Below, piece after piece: positions 1-9,767 of a DNA stretch of 64,000 nucleotides. Position 1 is the stretch's first letter; every line of letters begins with the position of its first letter. Source of the stretch: Desulfatiglandales bacterium (GTDB taxonomy: Bacteria > Desulfobacterota > DSM-4660 > Desulfatiglandales > Desulfatiglandaceae); NCBI GenBank assembly GCA_963662465.1, contig OY759599.1, positions 3,328,001 to 3,392,000 of the forward strand, in the 5' to 3' direction. Position numbers and translations under genes: made by a program. The notes under the pieces were generated by a model. The model was not told the origin of the DNA. It searched no databases and saw nothing but the letters and a program-made list of their open reading frames with translations.

Positions 1-1
1 T

Positions 2-103
2 GCGCATGAGATATTCTACAGAGAATTGGCCGATTGGGCAATCGAATTGCATGACCTCGCAATTCAATTGTCAGACTACCAAGATCCAAATCGATCAACA
101 TAA
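2..103 (+). CDS. 3' end of a cassette ORF (partial, unknown product)
   Basis: Open frame from the window edge ends at TAA 101-103, inside attC R'' ACATAAC. Confidence 0.55.
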   Translation, partial: AHEIFYRELADWAIELHDLAIQLSDYQDPNRST

Positions 104-157
104 CCTTACCACTTCAGCCAACGCCAATCAAAGGCGCGGCTGACTGGCCCGTTAGCC
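98..157 (+). other. attC site
   Basis: R'' ACATAAC (98-104), inner arms tcagcc/ggctga, R' GTTAGCC (151-157). R' is the exact complement of the next R'' GGCTAAC (608-614). Confidence 0.8.
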
Positions 158-194
158 CCTTAACCTTAATTCTTAAATTGTAAAGGAGAAATAA

Positions 195-600
195 AATGGG
201 GTAAGGTTTTTGTTTTATTGGCAATGGTCAATATGGTGTTGTCTTTTCCTGTTTTCGCTAAAACACCTTGTAAAATTTTATCTGAAATGAATAAACCCTA
301 TGAAAAAGGTGAACGTCAAAAGGTAATAGATATAGGAAAAAAATTGAAGGCATAAACAGATTTGGAAAAGATAAATGTACAAGATCTGTCTATGCCACAA
401 TTGCCACTTGTTACATGCTAATGGGTATTGATGAAAATAAAGCTGGTAATTTCAAAAAAGCGACAGAATATTTTAAATACGCATCGAAGTATAATCGTGC
501 GTTTGCGCTATCAATAGATTGCTTTGAAACCGGAGATTGCACAAAATCTAAAGAACTTTGGTCAAAATATTTGTGGATGTATGAATAAAACCAAATAGTT
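195..600 (+). pseudogene. Degraded cassette ORF, possibly an exported protein
   Basis: RBS AAGGAG plus ATG followed by an immediate stop and a broken, AT-rich reading frame, between matched R'/R''. Confidence 0.4.
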
Positions 601-607
601 AAAATGG

Positions 608-694
608 GGCTAACCCGGCGCTCAAGCAGATTTGCGGGGTCTCCTTTTCGTTCCGCCCCCTCCACCCTGCAAACCGCTGAGCCCTATAGCCCTC
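608..694 (+). other. attC site with damaged R'
   Basis: Near copy of attC 1447-1530. The GT of the R' GTT is missing; TAGCCCTC 687-694 still complements GAGGGCTA 1444-1451. Confidence 0.75.
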
Positions 695-805
695 TGTACA
701 ACTACCGCACAGGGAAAGATAGCCGTTATCATGAGCATAAAGAAAATTTTATGCGGTAGGATCAGAGATAAAAAGGAGACTTCAATCAGATTGAAGAAAT
801 AAAAA

Positions 806-1246
806 ATGCGAATATATTTAGATAATTGCTGTTTTAACAGACCTTATGACAACCAAACATATGAAATAATAAGACTTGAAACCGAAGCGAAAATATTTGT
901 TCAGAATTGTATCAAAGACAACCGAATAGAACTTGTTTGGTCTTTTATTTTAGATTTTGAAAATTCAGCAAACCCGTACAGGGAAAGAAGAGAATCAATA
1001 AAAGAATGGCGGTCAATATCTGCTGAAGATATTAAAGCCACAGAAAAGATAAGAAATTATGCAAATGAACTGCAAAATTTATACGGAATAAAGCCGAAAG
1101 ACTCTCTCCATTTAGCGTGTGCAATTGTGGCAAAAAGTGAATATTTTCTTACAACCGACAAAATTCTTATAAAAAAATCAAAGCATTTAAAAGAAATCAG
1201 AGTAATAAATCCGTTGGAATTTATTACTCTGCTGGAGGAAAAATGA
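806..1246 (+). CDS. PIN-domain (VapC-like) toxin
   Basis: IYLDNC N-terminus, DSLHLACA and FLTTD PIN motifs. Confidence 0.85.
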   Translation: MRIYLDNCCFNRPYDNQTYEIIRLETEAKIFVQNCIKDNRIELVWSFILDFENSANPYRERRESIKEWRSISAEDIKATEKIRNYANELQNLYGIKPKDSLHLACAIVAKSEYFLTTDKILIKKSKHLKEIRVINPLEFITLLEEK

Positions 1247-1452
1247 GAACAGATACTATAATAATGTATGAAGGTATGAAAGCTCTCCGTGGGAAACTTG
1301 ATATCATTGAAACAGAAAAATTTATAAGTCTGATTTTGAGAGAAAATTTTGACTATACAGAATGGCAACGGAATCTTTGGAAAGATAAAACTGTTGATGA
1401 AATTTTTTATGCTGCAAAAAACTATGATGAAAATATAAACAAAGAGGGCTAA
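1243..1452 (+). CDS. Putative antitoxin downstream of PIN toxin
   Basis: 69 aa, ATGA overlap with the toxin, DYTEWQR motif, stop codon inside attC R''. Confidence 0.7.
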   Translation: MRTDTIIMYEGMKALRGKLDIIETEKFISLILRENFDYTEWQRNLWKDKTVDEIFYAAKNYDENINKEG

Positions 1453-1530
1453 CCTGGCGCTCAAGCGGATTTGCGGGGTTCCGGTCGCTCCGCTCCCTCC
1501 ACCCCGCAAACCGCTTAGCTTAGCGTTGGC
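1447..1530 (+). other. attC site (target of intron stack)
   Basis: GGCTAAC-ctggc-GCTCAAGCGG...CCGCTTAGC-ttagc-GTTGGC. Confidence 0.9.
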
Positions 1531-3756
1531 GTGCGACGTGATGTCGCGTAAGTAGCTGTTTTGTATATTGATATAAACCATATAACAAAACCCTGTTTTC
1601 TGCAACAGGTATTCTACCGGGACATGCGTCCGGAGTAATCCGGGGGTGTGAAGCTCTCGGGACAATGAAGCCCGCGGAATCTTCCGGGAGAGGGAACCGT
1701 GAGGAGACCTCAACTCTGCAAGCATCATGCGGTAAGGGAGCTAGAATTGAGCAGTATGGTTAACACATGTGAATCGCTGCAGCGTCGTCACGAGAACAAG
1801 CCTAAGATGCTGAAAGGCTTGGACCAAACGGTATGTGGCCAGGTATGGGGGCTGCGAACTCCTCCATCGCGGATGTCGTGCCACCGGCGTACGGGCGGAA
1901 CCTAACCTGCTCGGGTACTTACGCGGAACATGGTAAGCCCGTAATCCTCCCCACGGGGAAAGCGAACCGCAAGGTGAGCCCATGGGGTTGCGGGTAAAGG
2001 ATGTCAGAAAAAAGCAAATGCCCCGTTGTAATGATGGGGATACGGATTGACGGTGTAATCACCTACATGATCCGGCTCGAAAGAGAGCAGACTTCTGACC
2101 GGTGTTCCATTGCGAGATAATTTGTAGAATCTTCAAACAGGGGAAAGCAAATGACGGTGGCCATTTTGGCGACTGGTGCACCTTTGGACGGAACAAACTG
2201 GTGGAAATCCATAAACTGGAGAACCGCCGGCGAGCACGTTAGAAGACTGCAGGTGCGTATCGCAAAGGCTGTGAAGGAAAAGCGATGGGGAAAGGTTAAG
2301 GCAATACAATGGCTTTTGACCCATTCGTTTTATGCCAAGTTGTTGGCCATCAAGCGCGTTACTTCCAACCGAGGTAAACGCACGCCGGGAGTGGATAAAG
2401 TTATATGGTCCACCCACATTGACAAAATGCAGGCGGCAAAAGACCTGCACCGAAGAACTTACCGACCCAAACCGCTGCGCCGAATTTACATACCCAAGAA
2501 AAACGGCAAGAAACGCCCATTGGGCATTCCCACCATGAAAGACAGAGCCATGCAGGCGTTGCACAAACTGGCCCTTGATCCGGTGGCGGAAACCACCGCC
2601 GATCCGAACTCTTATGGGTTCAGAGCCTATCGAGGATGTGCGGATGCCATCGGTCATTGTTTTATTTCTCTGGCCAAGAGCTACTCACCCGCATGGATTT
2701 TGGAGGGAGACATAAAGGCCTGTTTTGACGAAATCAGCCATCAATGGATGCTCGAAAATATCCCCATGGATAAACGGACGCTTCAGAAATGGCTGAAATC
2801 CGGTTATGTGGAAGGAGGCAAGCTCTATCCGACTTACAGAGGAACCCCGCAAGGCGGGATTATCTCTCCAACATTGGCTAATATGGTCCTGGATGGTCTG
2901 GAAGCGGCAGCCAAAAGTACCGCCCCGATAAGAATCCAGGGCAATATACGGTCCAAGATAAACGTAATCCGTTACGCTGATGATTTCATCATCACCGGGA
3001 ATTCCAGAGAGATGCTAAATGAGATCAAGCTGGAAATTGAAGCATTTATGGAGCGAAGAGGACTTTCGCTTTCAGCGGAAAAGACGTTGATCACAAGGAT
3101 AGAAGAAGGATTTGATTTTCTCGGACAGAATCCACGCAAATACCAGGGGAAGCTCTTGATAAAGCCCTCTCGTAAAAACGTGAAAGCCTTCTTAGGCAAT
3201 ATCCGGCAAACGATCCGAAAGCATGCGGCATCAAGAGCCGACACCCTGATTAAAGTGCTCAATCCCAAAATCAGGGGATGGGCCAATTACCACAGGCATG
3301 TGGTTTCCGGTAGAACTTTCGGGCTTGTAGATCACCGTATCTACAGCTATATTTGGCAATGGATGAGGAGGAAACATTCGGGCAAGAGTAAGAGTTGGCT
3401 GGTGGATAAATACTGGTCAAAAGGATCTCGTCCGTGGTCCTTTTCAGCGGTGATCAAGGACGGCTATGCGAAATCCGCTAGAATTGAACTTGAGAAAGCT
3501 TACGACGTCAAGATAAAACGCCATGTCAAAATTCGAGGGGATGCGAACCCCTTCGATCCGAAATATGAACACTATTTCAGGAAACGATATGCCCAACGCA
3601 GTCAGCAGAAGGCAGACAGGCGTAAAGAGCATAAAACGTCACAACCGGGTAGCCCCGAAAGGGCTTGCCTTTGGAATGCTTGAGCCGTGTGCGTTTAACG
3701 GCGCACGCACGGTTCTTAGAGGGCTGGGGGATGGCAACATCCCCTGGCTACTCGAC
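1531..3756 (+). mobile_element. Group II intron family A copy 1 (CL1-like/IIB), intact
   Basis: 5' GTGCG; domain V GAGCCGTGTGCGTTTAACGGCGCACGCACGGTTC; domain VI ending CTACTCGAC; RT ORF in domain IV. Confidence 0.93.
2151..3683 (+). CDS. ltrA: Group II intron reverse transcriptase/maturase, no HNH endonuclease domain
   Basis: RVT_N-type N-terminus (VRRLQVRIAKA), RPLGIP, PQGG, YADD, domain X LNPKIRGWANY. Confidence 0.95.
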   Translation: MTVAILATGAPLDGTNWWKSINWRTAGEHVRRLQVRIAKAVKEKRWGKVKAIQWLLTHSFYAKLLAIKRVTSNRGKRTPGVDKVIWSTHIDKMQAAKDLHRRTYRPKPLRRIYIPKKNGKKRPLGIPTMKDRAMQALHKLALDPVAETTADPNSYGFRAYRGCADAIGHCFISLAKSYSPAWILEGDIKACFDEISHQWMLENIPMDKRTLQKWLKSGYVEGGKLYPTYRGTPQGGIISPTLANMVLDGLEAAAKSTAPIRIQGNIRSKINVIRYADDFIITGNSREMLNEIKLEIEAFMERRGLSLSAEKTLITRIEEGFDFLGQNPRKYQGKLLIKPSRKNVKAFLGNIRQTIRKHAASRADTLIKVLNPKIRGWANYHRHVVSGRTFGLVDHRIYSYIWQWMRRKHSGKSKSWLVDKYWSKGSRPWSFSAVIKDGYAKSARIELEKAYDVKIKRHVKIRGDANPFDPKYEHYFRKRYAQRSQQKADRRKEHKTSQPGSPERACLWNA

Positions 3757-5981
3757 GTGCGACGTGATGTCGCGTAAGTAGCTGTTTTGTATATCAATAT
3801 AAACCATATAACAAAACCCTGTTTTCTGCAACAGGTATTCTACCGGGACATGCGTCCGGAGTAATCCGGGGGTGTGAAGCTCTCGGGACAATGAAGCCCG
3901 CGGAATTTTCCGGGAGAGGAAACCGTGAGGGGACCTCAACTCTGCAAGCATCATGCGGTAAGGGAGCTAGAATTGAGCAGTACGGTTAACACATGTGAAT
4001 CGCTGCAGCGTCGTCACGAGAACAAGCCTAAGATGCTGAAAGGCTTGGACCAAAAGGTACGTGGCCAGGAACGGAGGCTGCGAACTCCTCCGTCGCGGAT
4101 GTTGTGCCACCGGCGTAAAGGCGGAACCTAACCTGCTCTGGTACTTACGCGGAACATGGTAAGCCCGTAATCCTCCCCACGGGGAAAGCGAACCGCAAGG
4201 TGAGCCCATGGGGTTGCGGGTAAAGGATGTCAGAAAAAGCGAATGCCTCGTTGTAATGATGGGGATACGGATTGAAGGTGTAACTACCTACATGATCCGG
4301 CTCGAAAGAGAGCAGACTTCTGACCGGTGTTCCATTGCGAGATAATCTGTCGAATCTTTAAACAGGGGAAAGCAAATGACGGTGGCCGTTTTGGCGACTG
4401 GTGCACCTTTGGACGGAACAAACTGGTGGAAATCCATAAACTGGAAAACCGTCGGCGAGCACGTTAGAAGACTGCAGGTGCGTATCGCAAAGGCTGTGAA
4501 GGAAAAGCGATGGGGAAAAGTCAAGGTGATACAGTGGCTTTTGACTCATTCGTTTTATGCCAAGTTGTTGGCTATCAAGCGCGTTACTTCCAACCGGGGT
4601 AAACGCACACCGGGAGTGGATAAAGTCATATGGTCCACCCACATTGACAAAATGCAGGCGGTAAACGACCTGCGCCGAAGAGCCTACCGACCCAAACCGC
4701 TGCGCCGAATTTACATACCCAAGAAAAACGGCAAGAAACGCCCATTGGGCATTCCCACAATGAAGGACAGAGCCATGCAGGCGTTGTACAAATTGGCGCT
4801 TGATCCGGTGGCGGAAACCACCGCCGATCCGAACTCTTACGGGTTCAGACCCTATCGGGGATGTGCGGATGCCATCGGTCAGTGTTTTATTTCTCTGGCC
4901 AAGCGCCACTCACCCGTATGGATTCTGGAGGGAGATATAAAGGCCTGTTTTGATGAAATCAGCCATCAATGGATGCTCGAAAATATCCCTATGGATAAAC
5001 GGACGCTTCAGAAATGGCTGAAATCCGGTTATGTGGAAGGAGGCAAGCTCTATCCAACTTACAGAGGAACCCCGCAAGGCGGGATTATCTCTCCAACATT
5101 GGCTAATATGGTCCTGGATGGTCTGGAAGCGGCAGCCAAAAGTACCGCCCCGATAAGAATCCAGGGCAATATACGGTCCAAGATAAACGTAATCCGTTAC
5201 GCTGATGATTTCATCATCACCGGGAATTCCAGAGAGATGCTAAATGAGATCAAGCTGGAAATTGAAGCATTTATGGAGCGAAGAGGACTTTCGCTTTCAG
5301 CGGAAAAGACGTTGATCACAAGGATAGAAGAAGGATTTGATTTTCTCGGACAGAATCCACGCAAATACCAGGGGAAGCTCTTGATAAAGCCCTCTCGCAA
5401 AAACGTGAAAGCCTTTTTAGGCAATATCCGGCAAACAATCCGAAAGCATGCGGCATCAAGAGCCGACATTCTGATTAAAGTACTCAATCCCAAAATCAGG
5501 GGGTGGGCCAATTACCACAGGCATGTGGTTTCCGGTAGAACTTTCGGGCTTGTAGATCACCGTATCTACAGCTATATTTGGCAATGGATGAGGAGGAAAC
5601 ATTCGGGCAAGAGTAAGAGTTGGCTGGTGGATAAATACTGGTCAAAAGGATCTCGCCCGTGGTCCTTTTCAGCGGTGATCAAGGACGGCTATGCGAAATC
5701 CGCCAGAATTGAACTTGAGAAAGCTTACGACGTCAAGATAAAACGCCATGTCAAAATTCGAGGGGATGCGAACCCCTTCGATCCGAAATATGAACAATAT
5801 TTCAGGAAACGATATGCCCAACGCAGTCAGCAGAAGGCAGACAGGCGTAAAGAGCATAAAACGTCACAACCGGGTAGCCCCGAAAGGGCTTGCCTTTGGA
5901 ATGCTTGAGCCGTGTGCGTTTAACGGCGCACGCACGGTTCTTAGAGGGCTGGGGGATGGTGACATCCCCTGGCTACTCGAC
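3757..5981 (+). mobile_element. Group II intron family A copy 2, intact, abutting copy 1
   Basis: Junction CTCGAC|GTGCGAC at 3756/3757; same domain structure as copy 1. Confidence 0.93.
4376..5908 (+). CDS. ltrA: Group II intron reverse transcriptase/maturase
   Basis: 510 aa, close paralog of 2151-3683, YADD intact. Confidence 0.95.
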   Translation: MTVAVLATGAPLDGTNWWKSINWKTVGEHVRRLQVRIAKAVKEKRWGKVKVIQWLLTHSFYAKLLAIKRVTSNRGKRTPGVDKVIWSTHIDKMQAVNDLRRRAYRPKPLRRIYIPKKNGKKRPLGIPTMKDRAMQALYKLALDPVAETTADPNSYGFRPYRGCADAIGQCFISLAKRHSPVWILEGDIKACFDEISHQWMLENIPMDKRTLQKWLKSGYVEGGKLYPTYRGTPQGGIISPTLANMVLDGLEAAAKSTAPIRIQGNIRSKINVIRYADDFIITGNSREMLNEIKLEIEAFMERRGLSLSAEKTLITRIEEGFDFLGQNPRKYQGKLLIKPSRKNVKAFLGNIRQTIRKHAASRADILIKVLNPKIRGWANYHRHVVSGRTFGLVDHRIYSYIWQWMRRKHSGKSKSWLVDKYWSKGSRPWSFSAVIKDGYAKSARIELEKAYDVKIKRHVKIRGDANPFDPKYEQYFRKRYAQRSQQKADRRKEHKTSQPGSPERACLWNA

Positions 5982-6806
5982 TTGCGACACGAAGTCGCAT
6001 AGTTTGAGTGTATTCATGTAGTTAAATGTAGTACCCGGTATGTTCCTACCGGACCCTACGCAGGCATGCTGCCGTTGCGCTAATGACGGGGTGTGAAGCC
6101 CTGCGGACAACGTACCGAATTGGGTTTGAATGGTGACAGGAGAACCCCTCCGGGAATCCTCCCCGGTTAAGGGCCAGGGTCGGATGATATGGTGAAATTA
6201 ATTGAATGTCTTTAAGCGCCGATTACAAGCGACGGACCTACGAGGATTAATAGGTCTTATGCCGCTGCCCAGTGTCAGCGGATGTGGTCAGGTTGCAGGT
6301 CTGTCAACTGCCTGCACGGAACTGTTGTACCACCGGCGTAGAGGGCGCACCTAAGTCATCCATTGGATCAACTATGTGGAACGTGGAAACCCGGTCCCGT
6401 CGCCCCTTTTGGGGGCAGGCTAACCGCAAGGCATGCTGTTGGCGGGCCGGAATAGGAGGCTGAAAGAAGCGAATGCCGGGCTGTAATGGTCCGGATACCG
6501 GGTGAAACATTCCCGACTCCGTAAGGAGGCAGACGTTCAGCGTGGTGCCCGATCACGTGAACACCGGAGGAATCAGATGAAAGCCGGGAAAACAGCCAGT
6601 GAAACGGGCGAATGACGGCCCTTGAGGCTGGTGCGCCCCGCGCGCCTTTGGCTACTCTGACAGCCGGCTTGTAACGTGAAGTGGATGCAAATCCGCGGGA
6701 ATCCCAACCAGGGAAACCTTTTCGGGGGCTTGAGCCACGTGAGGTGAAAGTCTCATGCGTGGTTCTGAGGGGACTCGGAGATGGCAACATCCCCCGGCTA
6801 CCCGGC
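5982..6806 (+). mobile_element. ORF-less group II intron family B copy 1
   Basis: 5' TTGCG; domain V GAGCCACGTGAGGTGAAAGTCTCATGCGTGGTTC; ends CTACCCGGC; ORF remnant MTALEAGAP; second copy at 25258-26082. Confidence 0.88.
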
Positions 6807-6840
6807 CGGAGACATCATCAGGCATATACGGAGGTTAAAT

Positions 6841-7963
6841 ATGACGGAAGTCAGCAGTGAATTTTTTCGTGCATATGCTTTGCTGGAACAAGACTATGTG
6901 GATTGTAGGAATGAAATCGAAGCAACTGTGGTAGATGATCCTGAAAAGGAGAACGTTCTGAACAAACTGGTCGCAAAATATGAACCGATACGGCAAACAC
7001 GCATGCAGGGACTGGGCGAAATGATGGCTGGATTTTCAGAAGCGGAAAAAGCATTGCACCAACAGTGGATAAAAGAGACCGGCCACTGGAAAAACATACA
7101 GGAAGCCCCATTCTGCTGGCGGATTATTAACAAACCCGAGGGATACCCAGGCGACTACAAACTCATGGAGATGATTTATGACCAGCGCCAGGAAGGAAAA
7201 ACCGATTGGGAAAAATTTATTCACAAGCAGGCAGTTGATTCAGTAGCCTGTCAGGCTGTTCGAAACCGGAAAGAATTACTTCGCGACCAGATACTGCAAT
7301 TGAACGTGCGGGGGGGGGGGGGGGGGGGGTAAAATATTGTCACTGGCAGCTGGACCGGTAAGGGAGATAGAAGAGGTACTCAACATCGATACAAAGAACA
7401 GTAAGCCCCGTTTTCTGGCCCTGGACCATGATATCAGCTCGCTCCGACATGTGACATCAAGGTTCGCTGATAATCGCCTCACGTACGGCATTGCCAATGC
7501 CTTTCAGATGATCAAAAAGAACTATAGGGTGGCTTATCCGCGAAAATACGCTCTGTCGCACTGCAATCCCAGAACCGATTTCAAAGGGTTTAGAAAATTT
7601 CTGGCGCCGTTGCGGTACCAGGTGGAGGACCTGGCCAACCAAAGATTTGATTTGATCTATTCCGCCGGGTTGTATGACTATCTTCGCGATAAGGGGGCCA
7701 GGAGACTCACGAAGAACCTCTTTGATCTTTTAAACCCTGGTGGAACCTTAATCATCGGAAATTTCAGCCCCAATAATCCTCCTGACATGCGATTCGCCAT
7801 GGAGTACCTCTACGACTGGATGCTCATTTACAGGGACGAAAGCGAGATGTACCAGCTGGCGGACGGTATCCCGGAATCGGATATTGAACAAATGACGCTG
7901 CTTCAGGAACCGCGTGGCATCAACTACTTTCTGAAGATCGTGAAGCGGGGCTATACACATTGA
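6841..7963 (+). pseudogene. Class I SAM-dependent methyltransferase (PhcB-like), frameshifted at a G20 tract
   Basis: RBS GGAGG; KPEGYPGDY motif in the 5' half; ILSLAAGP, FDLIYSAGLYDYL and LNPGG in the 3' half; frames differ across 7310-7329. Confidence 0.75.
7310..7329. repeat. Poly-G (20) homopolymer
   Basis: Direct count. Confidence 0.9.
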
Positions 7964-8162
7964 TGAACAGTTTAAAAACTTTGGATTCAAGAGGGCAGCA
8001 GATTGAATGCTTGCTAAATAGTGGAATTGTGGATAATCTAAATGAAAATAAGAGAGGTAGTTGATTGTCGTTCAGATACCATTTGATATCTTCAAAACTG
8101 TAGGGTAAAGACCGAGTCGTGGAAGCACGATCTAATCGACGCGTACACGAAAAGGAGGAACC

Positions 8163-8411
8163 ATGCAATCCATTGCAATAAAAAAAACCGCCCTAAGAAA
8201 CTGTATCCTTCGCCTTCCCGACCAGGAAATCGATGCAGTGGAAAAGTTCATAACTAAACTTCTTGCCCAAAGGTTGGTGAAAAAACCCAGGCCGATCAGT
8301 CTGGAAGGTATCTGGAAGAACAAGGGATTTGAGAAGCTGAAGGACCTTGAATCAGAAATTGGGCAAATCAGGGCTGAAATTGGCAATTCGATCTTGAGAA
8401 GAGAATTCTGA
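8163..8411 (+). CDS. Putative antitoxin
   Basis: RBS AAGGAGG, LEGIWK motif, coupled to the downstream PIN gene. Confidence 0.7.
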   Translation: MQSIAIKKTALRNCILRLPDQEIDAVEKFITKLLAQRLVKKPRPISLEGIWKNKGFEKLKDLESEIGQIRAEIGNSILRREF

Positions 8412-8791
8412 TGCAATACCTGCTTGATACTGTCACAATTGTTCGCCATTTTTCCGCCATGGGCAGAATCGGGGAAAAGGCCCGTGAAATACTGAACAGT
8501 TCCGAAAACTCATTTATTATTTCCGTTATCAGTCTCATGGAAATCATGTATTTGTCAGAGAAGAACCGCATAGGTATTTCATTGACAGACACATTTGCCG
8601 AAATTGAATCATCATCCCTTTACAGCATCATTGACTTGACACCTGAGATTTTGAAGATCGCCGAAGTTACAGCCTTCAGAGAATTACATGATAGACTCAT
8701 TCTTTCGACTGCAAAATGGCTGGATATACCTCTTATTTCTAGCGACAAAAGCTTCCAGGGGATTGAGGGGATACAACTGATTTGGAATTAA
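8411..8791 (+). CDS. vapC: PIN-domain VapC toxin
   Basis: YLLDT, SLMEI, HDRLI, LISSD motifs. Confidence 0.88.
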   Translation: MQYLLDTVTIVRHFSAMGRIGEKAREILNSSENSFIISVISLMEIMYLSEKNRIGISLTDTFAEIESSSLYSIIDLTPEILKIAEVTAFRELHDRLILSTAKWLDIPLISSDKSFQGIEGIQLIWN

Positions 8792-9049
8792 AACATTGGC
8801 CTTTGTTTTTTTTTGGGCTAATCTGCGCCACAACATCTAGTTTTGCACACCCATACATGGGAAGATTTTTCGTTAAAGGAATATACTTTTTTTTAGCATA
8901 GCTGTGCGAAGTCCATATTGTTTAATGAGATTTCGGAGATGAATCGGACAAATTCGGGCCGAGCCTGCTATGCAAATAAGCGGAAATTTGCGTGACAAGA
9001 CGAAAGCATTTTATGCAATCATTCAGAGCAATTAGCATTGTCCGAGAGC

Positions 9050-9134
9050 GGTTAACCAAACGCTGCACCAGACGCCTGATACTTGGGCGGTTCCGGCGGG
9101 GGCAGGTGGAGGCGCTGGTGAGCTTGTCGTTGGC
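9050..9134 (+). other. attC site
   Basis: GGTTAAC-caaac-GCTGCACCAGACGCC...GGCGCTGGTGAGC-ttgtc-GTTGGC. Confidence 0.9.
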
Positions 9135-9767
9135 ATGCGACGTGATGTCGCGTAAGTAGCAGTTTTATATATTGATATAAACCATATAACAAAACCCTGT
9201 TTTCTGCAACAGGCATTCTACCGGGACATGCGTCCGGAGTAATCCGGGGGTGTGAAGCTCTCGGGACAATGAAGCCCGCGGAATTTTCCGGAAGAGGGAA
9301 CCGTGAGGGGACCTCAACTCTGCAAGCATCATGCGGTGAGGGAGCTAGAATTGAGCAGTACGGTTAACACATGTGAATCGCTGCAGCGTCGTCACGAGAA
9401 CAAGCCTAAGATGCTGAAAGGCTTGGACCAAAAGGTACGTGGCCAGGAACGGAGGCTGCGAACTCCTCCGTCGCAGATGTCGTGCCACCGGCGTAGGGGC
9501 GGAACCTAACCTGCTCGGGTACTTACGCGGAACATGGTAAGCCCGTAATCCTCCCCACGGGGAAAGCGAACCGCAAGGTGAGCCCATGGGGTTGCGGGTA
9601 AAAGATGTCAGAAAAAGCGAATGCCTTGTTGTAATGATGGGGATACGGATTGATGGTAATCACCGACATGATCCGGCTCGAAAGAGAGCAGACTTCTGAC
9701 CGGTGTTCCATTGCGAGATAATCTGTAGAATCTTCAAACAGGGGAAAGCAGCCAGTGAAACGGGCGA

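Noticed and set aside
1749..1912. GTTAAC (near 1759) or CCTAAC (near 1901) as EBS1 complementary to R'
   Set aside because: GAGCAG-TATGG-TT pairs with AA-CCTAAC-CTGCTC, forming the 11-nt tetraloop-receptor helix. The covarying stem-loop at 1844-1867 is the better EBS1 candidate.
7964..8162. Expected attC between the methyltransferase and the VapBC pair
   Set aside because: No convincing R''/L''/L'/R' arrangement could be read.
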